64,000 bases of DNA from a virus. Its lineage: Duplodnaviria; Caudoviricetes. This document shows, piece after piece, positions 9,701 to 19,400 of the stretch. The notes beneath the pieces are model-generated. The model did no database searches. It had not been told where the DNA came from and saw only the letters and a list, made by a program, of their open reading frames with translations. The stretch spans positions 1-64,000 of the IMG/VR virus record IMGVR_UViG_3300044266_000210, one strand, 5' to 3'. Numbering within the stretch: the first letter of the stretch is position 1; every line of letters starts with the position of its first letter. The translations under genes and the position numbers were made by a program.

Positions 9701-10181
9701 CCTGAACGGATTGAATCAGACAGAAGTAGCCGCGCTTCCGCCTACTGCACCATTCAGGCAAGCAGCACCGGCGGCACCGGATCAGGCTTATCTTAATAAA
9801 ATTTCTGCTAGTGGAGGCACTGGCGCTGTAGCCAGAGCATTCGGTGTAAATTCTATAAATGAAGTTAGTCAAAATGAATTGCCTGCCGATGCGAGTCAGC
9901 AGACACAAGACAGCAGTCCGAGTATTTTACAAAAATATAAAGACAAATTAGGGTTAAGCAATGCTACAGCGCAAGATGCCGCAGTATTAGGATTAAAATT
10001 ATTTGCTGAAAGAAAGTCTCTTTTAGGACCAACAGGGATACCTGGAAGTTTAGAGGGTAACTTTATAGGCGTTAGGAATCAACTAGGCCCTGTAAATGTA
10101 GTAACAGATTTAGGAAAATCTGCACCTAGTGTTTTTGGTAGTAAAACTTCAAGTCCGTTAGATAAAATAATGTTAAGGTAA
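6717..10181 (+). CDS. Baseplate hub protein (gp27-like) with long C-terminal extension
   Basis: Position between gp53- and gp5-like genes; ILGDP and FSGVYMITTCKSTFKDGQFKQTL hub motifs; about 450-aa low-complexity tail. Confidence 0.6.
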   Translation: MAEVERKTGAGNNQTASGSITPGGGPPAKNVLHKYRSVTYLFTMAALTSEQVSDPKTYNGGKPLQYVIVKSGGKGENAIQMTNSMKVGPFAPQGDAGGTGGAGRGGGYKNVDHGANFLGEFNQNSPGHFDMFIDHVEVETIMARDKNSASTQPTKITFEVFEPYSINGFIEALQVASQSAGHPSYAKAPFVLKVEFLGYPDDDGMPEAVTEKYGTRYFPFTIAKCDVSLDERGTKYSIEAVPTNEIAFGNPSTLKKSVKVGQPTPGSSFPGNTVGGILTNLVMAVEQQIKKEAEDTNPDSKEYDKYKVAFPSWTGTKWDYNTPNDIAKAKVTEITEDKNLFTMPEPNKDNGKYAMTSKKTDAKDAGSAPKSVPYDPTNPVIQFNEGKSIQECMEAIVRDSRYVRDKLEKMMSGQFNEVVKNNMLDYFLIKLEVKELPQIDKTKNKHYYEYTYVVTPYKMLYTRVPGFGNQTVDQKELYKACVRKYDYIYTGKNLDITQFKLSFNNLYFEGIPVGMGNPSGVQSRDTITKTGGTEAKKTNTSEDSTKKDLPATGPQSAANITAVQNRSGGQTQLSPYYAMAQALHNSIISDTSSNMITGELDILGDPVYLVTGGLGNNSPTSEEGSPRLSDTGEAQFTYGDVLVNINFRNPIDIGPDGMYQFDSKLLPFSGVYMITTCKSTFKDGQFKQTLNIVRQPGQAIPTEDPENTPQSATTPITDPGKSNSSVPNPDETLTKDAAPISASSSGVVPENFTRQSIGDQTYPNPGLPGTNGQPVTVVPGINPNLPAVSRMISPLGIAEQPSFSMPMPARAATGLLQRSYSPGGYLASAAMGILNSFGVRGPAAQLASQYLNGVARKINSIPVLGSGIGVGASINILQNNPQPQTVSDYNNQQLPTQPSATPSISGLSGNALGYLTNNLTAIPGVSNNSALMVQSALQGNSTDPLAVAAAFGINQAQIAGLSPNLTSVLEGKLQSLTKAVPQDTDLNTAVKNGVNLNGLNQTEVAALPPTAPFRQAAPAAPDQAYLNKISASGGTGAVARAFGVNSINEVSQNELPADASQQTQDSSPSILQKYKDKLGLSNATAQDAAVLGLKLFAERKSLLGPTGIPGSLEGNFIGVRNQLGPVNVVTDLGKSAPSVFGSKTSSPLDKIMLR

Positions 10182-10184
10182 AAA

Positions 10185-12470
10185 ATGTCAGTAGAAAAAC
10201 GAACGCTTAGTAAACTTCCTAGCCCGGGTCCTTATTTGGCTGAAATTACAAACCACCTTGATCCTACTTTTATGGGTAACCTCGAAGTTGCTCTAATAAA
10301 AACTGTACAGAACAGTCCTGATCTGCAAGGAGATACTTTCACAGTAAGATATCTAAGCCCATTCTATGGAGTAACAAGTCTTAGGTTTCAAGGAAATAAC
10401 AGTAAGAACTTTCAAGATGTACAAAAATCTTACGGTATGTGGATGGTGCCACCCGATGTAGGTACTATTGTTATGGTTATTTTCCTAGACGGTGACCCTA
10501 ATCAAGGTTACTGGATAGGATGTGTTCCTGATTTTGCACAAAATCATATGATTCCCGGAATTGCTGCGTCATTGGATAGTGCAATGACCGAGGAACAACT
10601 TAAACGCTACGGCACAAAATATGTGCCTGTGGCTGAATTTTTAAAGGGCGAAAATGCTAAAGGCAAAGTTAACCCAAGCGAAATAGATAAACCTGTACAC
10701 CCATTTGCTGATCGATTGGTAGAGCAAGGATTGTTACTAGATACAGTTCGCGGAGTAACTTCAAGTAGTGCTCGCAGAGAAGCACCTAGTGCGGTCTTTG
10801 GTATTAGTACACCCGGTCCTGTTGATCCAGATGGCAAGAAAGGCGAGTTGGGATATTCAGACGGATCAACTGCTAAGAAAACATTTCCTATAAGCAGACT
10901 AGGCGGAACACAGTTCGTTATGGACGACGGTGATATAAATGGCGAAAATGAATTAGTAAGAATTCGTACTAGAACAGGTCATCAGATTCTTTTACATAAT
11001 AGCCAAGATCTTATCTACATTGGAAATAGTAAAGGCACAGCATGGCTTGAAATAACAAGTGCAGGAAAACTAGATATTTTTGCTACAGATAGTGTTAGTA
11101 TTCACACTGAATCAGATTTTAATCTACGAGCAGACAGAGATTTTAACGTCGAGGCAGGCCGCAATATTAATATGCGTGCTGTTAAAAATATGGAAACCAA
11201 CATTGCAGGTTTTTATAATCTTGCAATTGATGATTATGCAAAAATTTCTATAAGGAATGATGTAGATCTTACAATCGGTCAAACTGCTAAAGTATCTGCA
11301 GGACAGGATTTTAATTTGTCGGCATCGAAGGATTTAGTATTTGGTGCGGGCAATACATTTAATGCTACTGGAGGCGAAGGAGTATTATTTGGCTCGGGCG
11401 GTAATTTCAGTGTTGATAGTAATGGTAATGTGATTATTGTTGGCGCACAAATTGATATGAATGGGTCGCCGGCTCCTGCTCCTACAGGACCTGAACAGCC
11501 AGAAACTCCTCCGTTATTACCAATATATAGTCTTCCAAATAGAGATCCTAAGGCCACTGGCTGGGCTAATGACAAATATAATACAGGTACAATCAAGACA
11601 ATTTTACAACGAGTTCCGACACATGAGCCATGGGATCAACACGAAAATGTCAATCCTACAAGATTCAGTTCTGCCGCAACTGATATCACAGTAGGAGTCA
11701 GTAGAGCAGGTAGCGGCATTGCCGATAGTCCTAATGCAGGCGCCCAAGAATCTGCAAACCAACCTGAGGTCCCGCCAGGAACTTGTACACCTGAATATGC
11801 TAAAGATATCAATGCAGCCTCGGCACAACCTGGAATTAGTGCTCTTAAAGCAGCCTGCCAAAAATTAGGTTATTCTGATCCGTATCAAGTAGCCTCACTA
11901 TTAGGTATTGCTGGCGGCGAGAGCCGTTGGAAAACAGTTGAAGAATCATTTAACTATTCTGCTGGTAGACTATTACAAGTATTCCCTAGTGTCTTTAAGG
12001 GTGACCAGGCGCTTGCACAACAATATGCAGGCAATCCTGGAAACAAACTTCCTGAATTACTATATGGATACAATACTTCTAAAGGTAAGGGTTTAGGAAA
12101 TACACAACCCGGTGACGGTGCTGCCTTCATCGGTCGAGGATACATTCAGTTAACCGGTAGAGGAAACTATGCCAAATATGCAAAACTTAGCGGATATGAT
12201 ATCGTAAACAACCCGCAACTAATGAATGATCCAAAAGTGGCCGCAGAAGTTTGTGTTTGGTACATGAAAGATCGTGTCAAAGCACCTCCTGGCTCCGGAT
12301 ATTTTGAAGCAGCCTGTAATGCAGTTGGATACAATGTGCCTGACATTCATGCTCGTAAGAAAGGATACTATGAGTGCTTCTTAGGTCAGTTACAAGGATC
12401 TACAGTTAGTAGTGGCACAAATGGATTTGTCACCGACAGCTCAGGAACTCCTATCAAAACTGGACAATAA
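10185..12470 (+). CDS. Baseplate spike/hub (gp5/VgrG-like) with C-terminal GH19 lysozyme/chitinase domain
   Basis: OB-fold (SYGMWMVPPDVG..V.V.F.DGD), beta-helix repeats, PTHEPW, then GH19 motifs GES and GRGYIQLTGRGNY. Confidence 0.85.
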   Translation: MSVEKRTLSKLPSPGPYLAEITNHLDPTFMGNLEVALIKTVQNSPDLQGDTFTVRYLSPFYGVTSLRFQGNNSKNFQDVQKSYGMWMVPPDVGTIVMVIFLDGDPNQGYWIGCVPDFAQNHMIPGIAASLDSAMTEEQLKRYGTKYVPVAEFLKGENAKGKVNPSEIDKPVHPFADRLVEQGLLLDTVRGVTSSSARREAPSAVFGISTPGPVDPDGKKGELGYSDGSTAKKTFPISRLGGTQFVMDDGDINGENELVRIRTRTGHQILLHNSQDLIYIGNSKGTAWLEITSAGKLDIFATDSVSIHTESDFNLRADRDFNVEAGRNINMRAVKNMETNIAGFYNLAIDDYAKISIRNDVDLTIGQTAKVSAGQDFNLSASKDLVFGAGNTFNATGGEGVLFGSGGNFSVDSNGNVIIVGAQIDMNGSPAPAPTGPEQPETPPLLPIYSLPNRDPKATGWANDKYNTGTIKTILQRVPTHEPWDQHENVNPTRFSSAATDITVGVSRAGSGIADSPNAGAQESANQPEVPPGTCTPEYAKDINAASAQPGISALKAACQKLGYSDPYQVASLLGIAGGESRWKTVEESFNYSAGRLLQVFPSVFKGDQALAQQYAGNPGNKLPELLYGYNTSKGKGLGNTQPGDGAAFIGRGYIQLTGRGNYAKYAKLSGYDIVNNPQLMNDPKVAAEVCVWYMKDRVKAPPGSGYFEAACNAVGYNVPDIHARKKGYYECFLGQLQGSTVSSGTNGFVTDSSGTPIKTGQ

Positions 12471-12480
12471 ATATTAGATT

Positions 12481-12918
12481 ATGCCATACAAGTCAATCGA
12501 ATTAAACAACGCTTCGGCCGTACCAGCTGCAACTCCTAGTAAAGTTCAGTTCTATAAAGGATTTAGCACAATAGATGCAGGTAATCCTACATCAAGACTT
12601 TTTGACCTTAGCCTAATTAAACAAAATATTATTAATACCTTTAGCACTAGACGCGGCGAACGAGTAATGAATCCTTCGTTTGGTAGTATCATTTGGGATG
12701 TACTAATGGAACCAATGACACCTAGTTTGAAAGAAACACTTAATGCAGATATACAAAAAATCTGTAGTAGTGATCCTAGGGCTGTTCCTGTAGATATAAA
12801 GTTAATTGAATTTTCAAGTGGTTACATTGTAGAGGTAACAATGAAGTTAGTAGGGTTTGATGTCTCTAGTCAAATGACATTAACATTTGATCAAACTATA
12901 GGACTCACCGTTCAATAA
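12481..12918 (+). CDS. Baseplate wedge subunit (gp25-like)
   Basis: TRRGERVMNPSFGS...DPR motif; ATAAATA at 12467-12473 just upstream. Confidence 0.9.
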   Translation: MPYKSIELNNASAVPAATPSKVQFYKGFSTIDAGNPTSRLFDLSLIKQNIINTFSTRRGERVMNPSFGSIIWDVLMEPMTPSLKETLNADIQKICSSDPRAVPVDIKLIEFSSGYIVEVTMKLVGFDVSSQMTLTFDQTIGLTVQ

Positions 12919-12924
12919 CTGCGT

Positions 12925-12945
12925 GGTTTATATTAAAAATAAATA
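12925..12945 (+). promoter_or_regulatory. Late promoter (GGTTT-N10-TAAATA)
   Basis: ATAAATA at 12939-12945 upstream of the gp6-like gene. Confidence 0.55.
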
Positions 12946-12962
12946 TGATGTAGAACAAGATT

Positions 12963-15900
12963 ATGACCATACCATCAACAAATTCAAAACTGTTAGTAGC
13001 TGAAGATTGGACAAAAATATATCAATCTTTAAAGAATGCCGATTTTCAAAGTTATGATTTTGAAACTATTCGCCGCGTACTAATTTCTTATGTTCAGGAA
13101 AACTTTCCTGAAGATTTTAACGACTATATTGATAGCAGTGAATTTGTTGCTCTTATTGATGTCATTGCATTCCTTGGACAAAATTTAAGTTTTCGTATCG
13201 ATTTAAATGCTCGTGAAAACTTCTTAGAAACCGCACAGCGTAGAGATAGTATTCTACGCCTGGCACAATTGATTAGCTATGTTCCAAAGCGTAATCGCCC
13301 TGCTAGCGGATTGCTTAAAATTACCGCACTAAGCACAACAGAGAACATTACAGATAGTTCGGGTATTAATATTGCCAACGGAACAATTGAGTGGAATGAT
13401 CCTACTAATTCTAATTGGTATGAACAATTTACTGCAATTTTAAATTCTGCAATGCCGGGAACAACTGTTTTTGGAAAACCAAACGATCGCGCAACATTAA
13501 ATGGAATTTTAACTGAGCAATACCAACTGAATACCACTAACCAAGATATTCCTATCTACACATTTAGTAAGAATATTAACGGAACTGGAATGACATTTGA
13601 AATTGTACCGGCAGCATTTTCTGGAAAGAGTTATATCTATGAAGCAGATCCAAAACCTGCGGCCCCGTTTAGTCTAATCTACCAAAACGACAACCAAGGA
13701 GCAGGCAGCAGCGGGTCAGGGTTCTTTGCTATGTTTAAGCAAGGCACACTTGCGATGTCTAGCTTTGCAGTTACAAATCCTGTACCTAACGAAATTGTCG
13801 GAGTTAATGTTAGTAATATTAACGACACAGATGTCTGGTTATGGCAGTTAGATCCTAGTGGTAACTATCCTGATAAACCTTGGACCAAGGTTCCTTCTGT
13901 TGTAGGAAACAATGTTATCTATAATAGTGTTAGCTTTGGAAATAAAAATCTTTATAGTGTAACTACACGAGATAACGATCAGATAGATATTAGCTTTACT
14001 GACGGCAATTTTGGAAATCTACCTAGTGGAAATTTCCAACTATTCTATCGTCAAAGTAATGGTCTTGCCTATACCATTAAACCAAATCAATTATTGGGTA
14101 TTTTAGTAAGTGTTCCTTATCTAAGTAAGTCAGGAAGTTTTGAAACACTAACACTAACATTATCTTTACAGTATACAGTTAGCAATAGTGCGTCAAGCGA
14201 AACTAATGCATCTATTCAACAAAACGCACCTCAGACCTATTACTTACAAAACCGTATGGTCACTGGCGAAGATTATAATATTGCGCCATTGACACTAACT
14301 AGCGGAGTTTTAAAAGTTAAAAGTCAGATGCGAGAAGTTAGCGGTGTTAGCAAATATTTTGAGTTAAGTGATGTTAGTGCAAAGTATAGTTCTACAAATA
14401 TTTTTGGTACAGACGGCTCTGTGTACAAAGATGTTAATGAAAAAAACTTTGAATTTAATTTCACAACAAGGAATGAATTATCTGCGGTCATAAGAACTGA
14501 GTTATCAAAGATAATTGCATCTAATCCCTTCTTAACTTTTTATCATGACAAATATAGAAGTCTAGCACCAGTAACCTTAAACTCTAATTTAGAAAGCCCA
14601 ACCTATCAATGGAACTCTTCAAATGTTGTTACAGGACAGGGACGAGGATATTTTTATTCTAGAAATCGCAGACTAAGTGTTAATGTTCCACAGAGTGTTG
14701 GTACATATACAAGTAGTGTGCTTCAATATATTACTCCTGGTGCATTGATAAAATTTGTTCCTCCAAAGAATAATTTAGACCAACGACAATATTTTCTTCC
14801 TAACGGAAAAATTGTTCCGCAGAAAACCAATAAGACAGTTGACTATGTATGGAGCACAGTCTTACAAGTTGTAGGTGACGGAAGTAATGTTGGATTAGGA
14901 AATCTCAGTGATGGCACTGGCCCTGTTATTTTAGGAAATCGTCCCGGCCAAGGAGCGATTCCTGTAGAAATTGTTCCAGCATTTATCAATACCTTATCTT
15001 ATACTTTTGAAAGCGACCTAATAAATCTTTGCTTGACTCAAAGAAATTTTGGATTAAGATTTGATACCACTTCTAGAACATGGCAAATAATTGAAGATAC
15101 AAATCTTGATTTAATAAATCCATTTAATTTAACTTATCAAGGCGATGTTACCAATACAAATAAAGATGCAAGTTGGATGATTGCATTTACATGGATTGGT
15201 ACAAGATACAAGGTTCGTTATAGAAATACCAGTTATATTTTCCAAAGTGCTGCTCAAACTTCATTTTACTCTAATGCAAGCGATGTAAATTTTGATTATA
15301 CCAATAATTCTGTTATTAGAGATAAAATAAATGTACTAAGCATAAATTCAAAACCTGGCACGAATGAATCCCTAGGCACCGATTACCTTTGGCAAATCGA
15401 TGGCCCCATTGTTGAATTTGACGGATACATTGATCCTGCAAGAGTAGAGGTTAGCTTTTACAATCATCAAGATAGTGGTAGGATAGGCCAGTTAATTAAT
15501 CCAGATATTTTTACAGATGTTGTTGGATCTCATATCGACGGAACAACCGATGGATTTATTTTAATGAAACTTACCAGCGACGGAATGGGAATGTCTTTAA
15601 GTACCGATCAATATCTAGTTTTTAGTACAGAAAATTCTGCTCGTTTATATTTTCAAAATGTATTAGACACAGAATATCTATATTATTTTGTTGACACTGA
15701 TACTGTTAAGACTGTTGACAGTTATAATGAATTTGTAACGGCAGCTGACTATATTGCGTTTCCTGGCAGAGCTGGTCTAAATTTCCATTACCAGCATAAT
15801 AGTGGTGAAGAATATAGGATAGATCCTAGTAAGAGTAATATTGTTGATGTCTATATGTTAACATCTGCATATGATAGCGAATATAGAAATTGGTTGCTAA

Positions 15901-16397
15901 CTGGTGCTGGATCAGAACCATTATCTCCTACTAGCTACAATTTAGAAAGTAACTACGCAGACATACTTGAACCTATAAAAACAGTCAGCGACGAAATAGT
16001 CTATCAGCCTGTAAAATATAAAGTTTTATTTGGTACAAGTGCAGATATTAATCTGCAGGCAAAGTTTAAAGCTGTTAAAAGTTCTACTAGTACATTAAGT
16101 GATAATGAGATTATTTCTAATATTCTTAAAGGTATAAACACTTTCTTTGCTTTAGAAAACTGGGATTTTGGACAGAGTTTCCATTTCAGTGAACTATCAA
16201 CTTATGTAATGAATTTAATGACACCAGATATCACTAACTTTGTTATTGTACCTACGATGAATAACTTTGGTAGTTTATACGAAGTTGCCTGCCAAAGTAA
16301 CGAAATTTTTATTAGCGGAGCAAGAGCATCTGACATCGCAGTGATTGATGCTATTACAGCCGCCCAACTAAACACAACATTAATTAACGCTGGATAA
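12963..16397 (+). CDS. Baseplate wedge subunit (gp6-like)
   Basis: DFETIR, ENFLETAQRRDSILRLA..SY.P, FTDGNFG..P, QNRMVTGEDY. Confidence 0.88.
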   Translation: MTIPSTNSKLLVAEDWTKIYQSLKNADFQSYDFETIRRVLISYVQENFPEDFNDYIDSSEFVALIDVIAFLGQNLSFRIDLNARENFLETAQRRDSILRLAQLISYVPKRNRPASGLLKITALSTTENITDSSGINIANGTIEWNDPTNSNWYEQFTAILNSAMPGTTVFGKPNDRATLNGILTEQYQLNTTNQDIPIYTFSKNINGTGMTFEIVPAAFSGKSYIYEADPKPAAPFSLIYQNDNQGAGSSGSGFFAMFKQGTLAMSSFAVTNPVPNEIVGVNVSNINDTDVWLWQLDPSGNYPDKPWTKVPSVVGNNVIYNSVSFGNKNLYSVTTRDNDQIDISFTDGNFGNLPSGNFQLFYRQSNGLAYTIKPNQLLGILVSVPYLSKSGSFETLTLTLSLQYTVSNSASSETNASIQQNAPQTYYLQNRMVTGEDYNIAPLTLTSGVLKVKSQMREVSGVSKYFELSDVSAKYSSTNIFGTDGSVYKDVNEKNFEFNFTTRNELSAVIRTELSKIIASNPFLTFYHDKYRSLAPVTLNSNLESPTYQWNSSNVVTGQGRGYFYSRNRRLSVNVPQSVGTYTSSVLQYITPGALIKFVPPKNNLDQRQYFLPNGKIVPQKTNKTVDYVWSTVLQVVGDGSNVGLGNLSDGTGPVILGNRPGQGAIPVEIVPAFINTLSYTFESDLINLCLTQRNFGLRFDTTSRTWQIIEDTNLDLINPFNLTYQGDVTNTNKDASWMIAFTWIGTRYKVRYRNTSYIFQSAAQTSFYSNASDVNFDYTNNSVIRDKINVLSINSKPGTNESLGTDYLWQIDGPIVEFDGYIDPARVEVSFYNHQDSGRIGQLINPDIFTDVVGSHIDGTTDGFILMKLTSDGMGMSLSTDQYLVFSTENSARLYFQNVLDTEYLYYFVDTDTVKTVDSYNEFVTAADYIAFPGRAGLNFHYQHNSGEEYRIDPSKSNIVDVYMLTSAYDSEYRNWLLTGAGSEPLSPTSYNLESNYADILEPIKTVSDEIVYQPVKYKVLFGTSADINLQAKFKAVKSSTSTLSDNEIISNILKGINTFFALENWDFGQSFHFSELSTYVMNLMTPDITNFVIVPTMNNFGSLYEVACQSNEIFISGARASDIAVIDAITAAQLNTTLINAG

Positions 16398-16402
16398 GAA
16401 AT

Positions 16403-19400
16403 ATGGCAAATAAAAAAGTTAGTGCAGTCAATTTGCTACCTGAGTATTTTAAAACTCTTAAAAACACAAAGTTTTTAAGTAGTACAGTTGACAAACTAAT
16501 ACAGAAACCTGAGTTAGAAAGTATTGACGGCTATATCGGAAGTCAGAGTACACCTACCTATAAGTCCAGCGATGTTTATATTTCAAACGGTAATCCGTAT
16601 CAATTAGATCCTGCATTAATATTTTACGACAACCTACAGAATATACAAGGAACCCAAGGATACGATGATTTTATTAATGAGGTAGCTGCCAAGGGCGGTT
16701 ATACAAATAATCTAGATAGACTTTTAAGATCTAAATTTTACAGTTACAATGCTCATATCGATTGGGACAAACTTGTAAACTACCAAAATTATTTTTGGAT
16801 GCCATATGGTGCAGAAACACTGGAAGTTCCTACATGGAACTTAGACATTAATAATGATATTGTAGGTCTTTCACAGGCAACAGTAGAAGTATTACTACCT
16901 GACGGAACAACAGAGGTAGTTGATCTTTCAAACGGTATGATGCTAAGTTTTGGCGGACAAGAAATAGATGAGTATTATCATAACAAAGAGTTTTTTGTTG
17001 AAGGCGTTGGTTCATCTATTAAACTAGTTCCATTTGACAAGTTAATTATTTCCGAAACTTTTTTAAGTCCTTACCCTGATGGATTTGATTCCAACAATTA
17101 TGATACATTGCCTTACGACAATGATAGAGAGTTACCAAATTTAAAACCTGAGTATGTTACTATTAATAGAGCAAGCAAGGACCTAAATCCTTGGAGTAGG
17201 TATAATCGCTGGGTGCATAAAGATGTAGTTAGACAAAGTGCTATGCTAAATGGTCTTGAGCCTAATCTATCTGTTGGTCGAGCACAACGACCGATTATTG
17301 AATTTAAGCCAGACATTAAATTGTACAACTTTGGATCTGCAGGAATAGTTCCTGTAGATTTTATGGACACAAAAACCCTTGATCCTTTTAATACAGTTGA
17401 GGGATCTACATCACCTGTGCATGTAGACGGTGTGTTATTAGAAAACGGACATAGGATTATTTTCAACGCCGCTGATCTAGCAGGTATCCGTGGTAAGGTG
17501 TATGAGGTTGTATATATTATACAAAATGGTGTACCAACATTAACACTGGAACCTACCTATGAACCAGTAGAGCAGGATTCTATAACTGTATTACTAGGTA
17601 ACGATAACAACGGTACTGAGTGGTGGTATAACGGCGATGTATGGGTATATGCCCAACAGCGAGAGTCCTTAAATCAAGCACCCCTATTTGATCTGTTTGA
17701 CCAAACAGGTCTAAGCTATGGAGATAAAAATCATTATCTAAGTGACTTCACAGGAAATAAGATTTTTAGTTATGCCGTAGGTAACGGTACAGTTGATCCT
17801 TATTTAGGATTTGCTATAAGTTACAAGACTGTAAATCTTATCGGCAGTATTTTATTTGATAATAATCTTTGCTCAGACAGTATCGTTATAAGCGAATTAT
17901 CTAAACCAACATATATAATTTCTGCAAACTCCGCATATATTAAAATAAACAACGAATATAAAAATGCGTGGGTTCGTTCACAAGAATATGAAATTCCTGT
18001 CCTAGCATCTACTGCTACTGGTATTTTAAGTTATTACGAAGAGCCTCTAGGCCTAACTAATAATCCATTAAACGGTGTAACAACACAATTTACAATTAGC
18101 GAATTAACTGAGCATGTTAGTTCAATGATTGATAGAACACCGCCTCTGTCAAATTTTGTTCCGTTAAGAGACAGAGCAGATTATACAAATCTAGGCACAA
18201 GATTAATTTCTAATGATAATCCTATTTCTTTTGCCCAGGTATTTTTAGGAAAAAAAGAACACGACCTCATAAGAGCATTTGAACAGTCTGCTGATAACTA
18301 CGGTAACTTTAAATTAGCATTTCAAAATAAGTTATTATATATTAGCGATCAGATATCTCCTATTGATGCAGTTGATCAAATATTAACTGAGCTTAACCAA
18401 GATAAAGTTTACGAAAATAGTTATTATATATCCGATATGGCTGGCTACGGTGTGCCAGAGTCATCTAGGTCTTGGACTGTGTCTCGATCTACTATTAATA
18501 GTCCGTCATTTCCTCTGGCCAACGACTTTGATTTAAATGTATTGTCAAATCGAGCTGTCTATGTTTACAAAAACAACGAACAGTTGATTCACGGAACAGA
18601 TTATTTGTTCAATACAGATACTACTACAGTTGACATTTTAACTCCGCTATCAGTTGGCGATGTTATTGTTATAAAAGATTATCAAGATACAACTGCAAAT
18701 TACATTCCATTGACTCCTAGCAAATTAGGACTATATCCAAAGTTTGCACCTGCAATTTTTACTGATAACAGTTATGTAACTCCTCAAACAGTAATACAAG
18801 GTCACGATGGTAGCATAATGATTGCCTACGGTGATTTTCGAGATGCAGTTGTATTAGAATTAGAAAAAAGAATTTACAATAATATCAAATCTAATTACAA
18901 CACAAGTCTGTTTGATATTAACCTTGTACATCCCGGTGCCTTTAGAACAATCGACTACAGTCTGGAAGAAGTTAATGATATCATCGAAGGTGACTTCGTA
19001 AGATGGGCCAGCAAGTTCGGTATCGACTATATAACCAATGACACATTTGATGCTGAAAATAGTAAAACCTGGAATTTTTATCAAACAAATATTTCTTCAG
19101 TAGACATAAACTTTTCTGGAAGTTTAAGAGGATTATTATTATATCTATACGGTACGGACAAACCGCACCTAGCACCTTGGGAGATGTTAGGAATATATGA
19201 TAAGCCTGACTGGTGGGAAAGTACCTACGGTCCTGCACCGTATACAAATGGTAACTTAATTCTTTGGACAGATATTGCAGAAGGAAAAGTTAATGGAGTT
19301 ATCAACGATCTTTATTCGAGACCTGGTCTATTAAACATTATTCCTACTGATGAAAACGGAGATTTGATTGATCCTAACACATTGGTCACAGATACAACTC

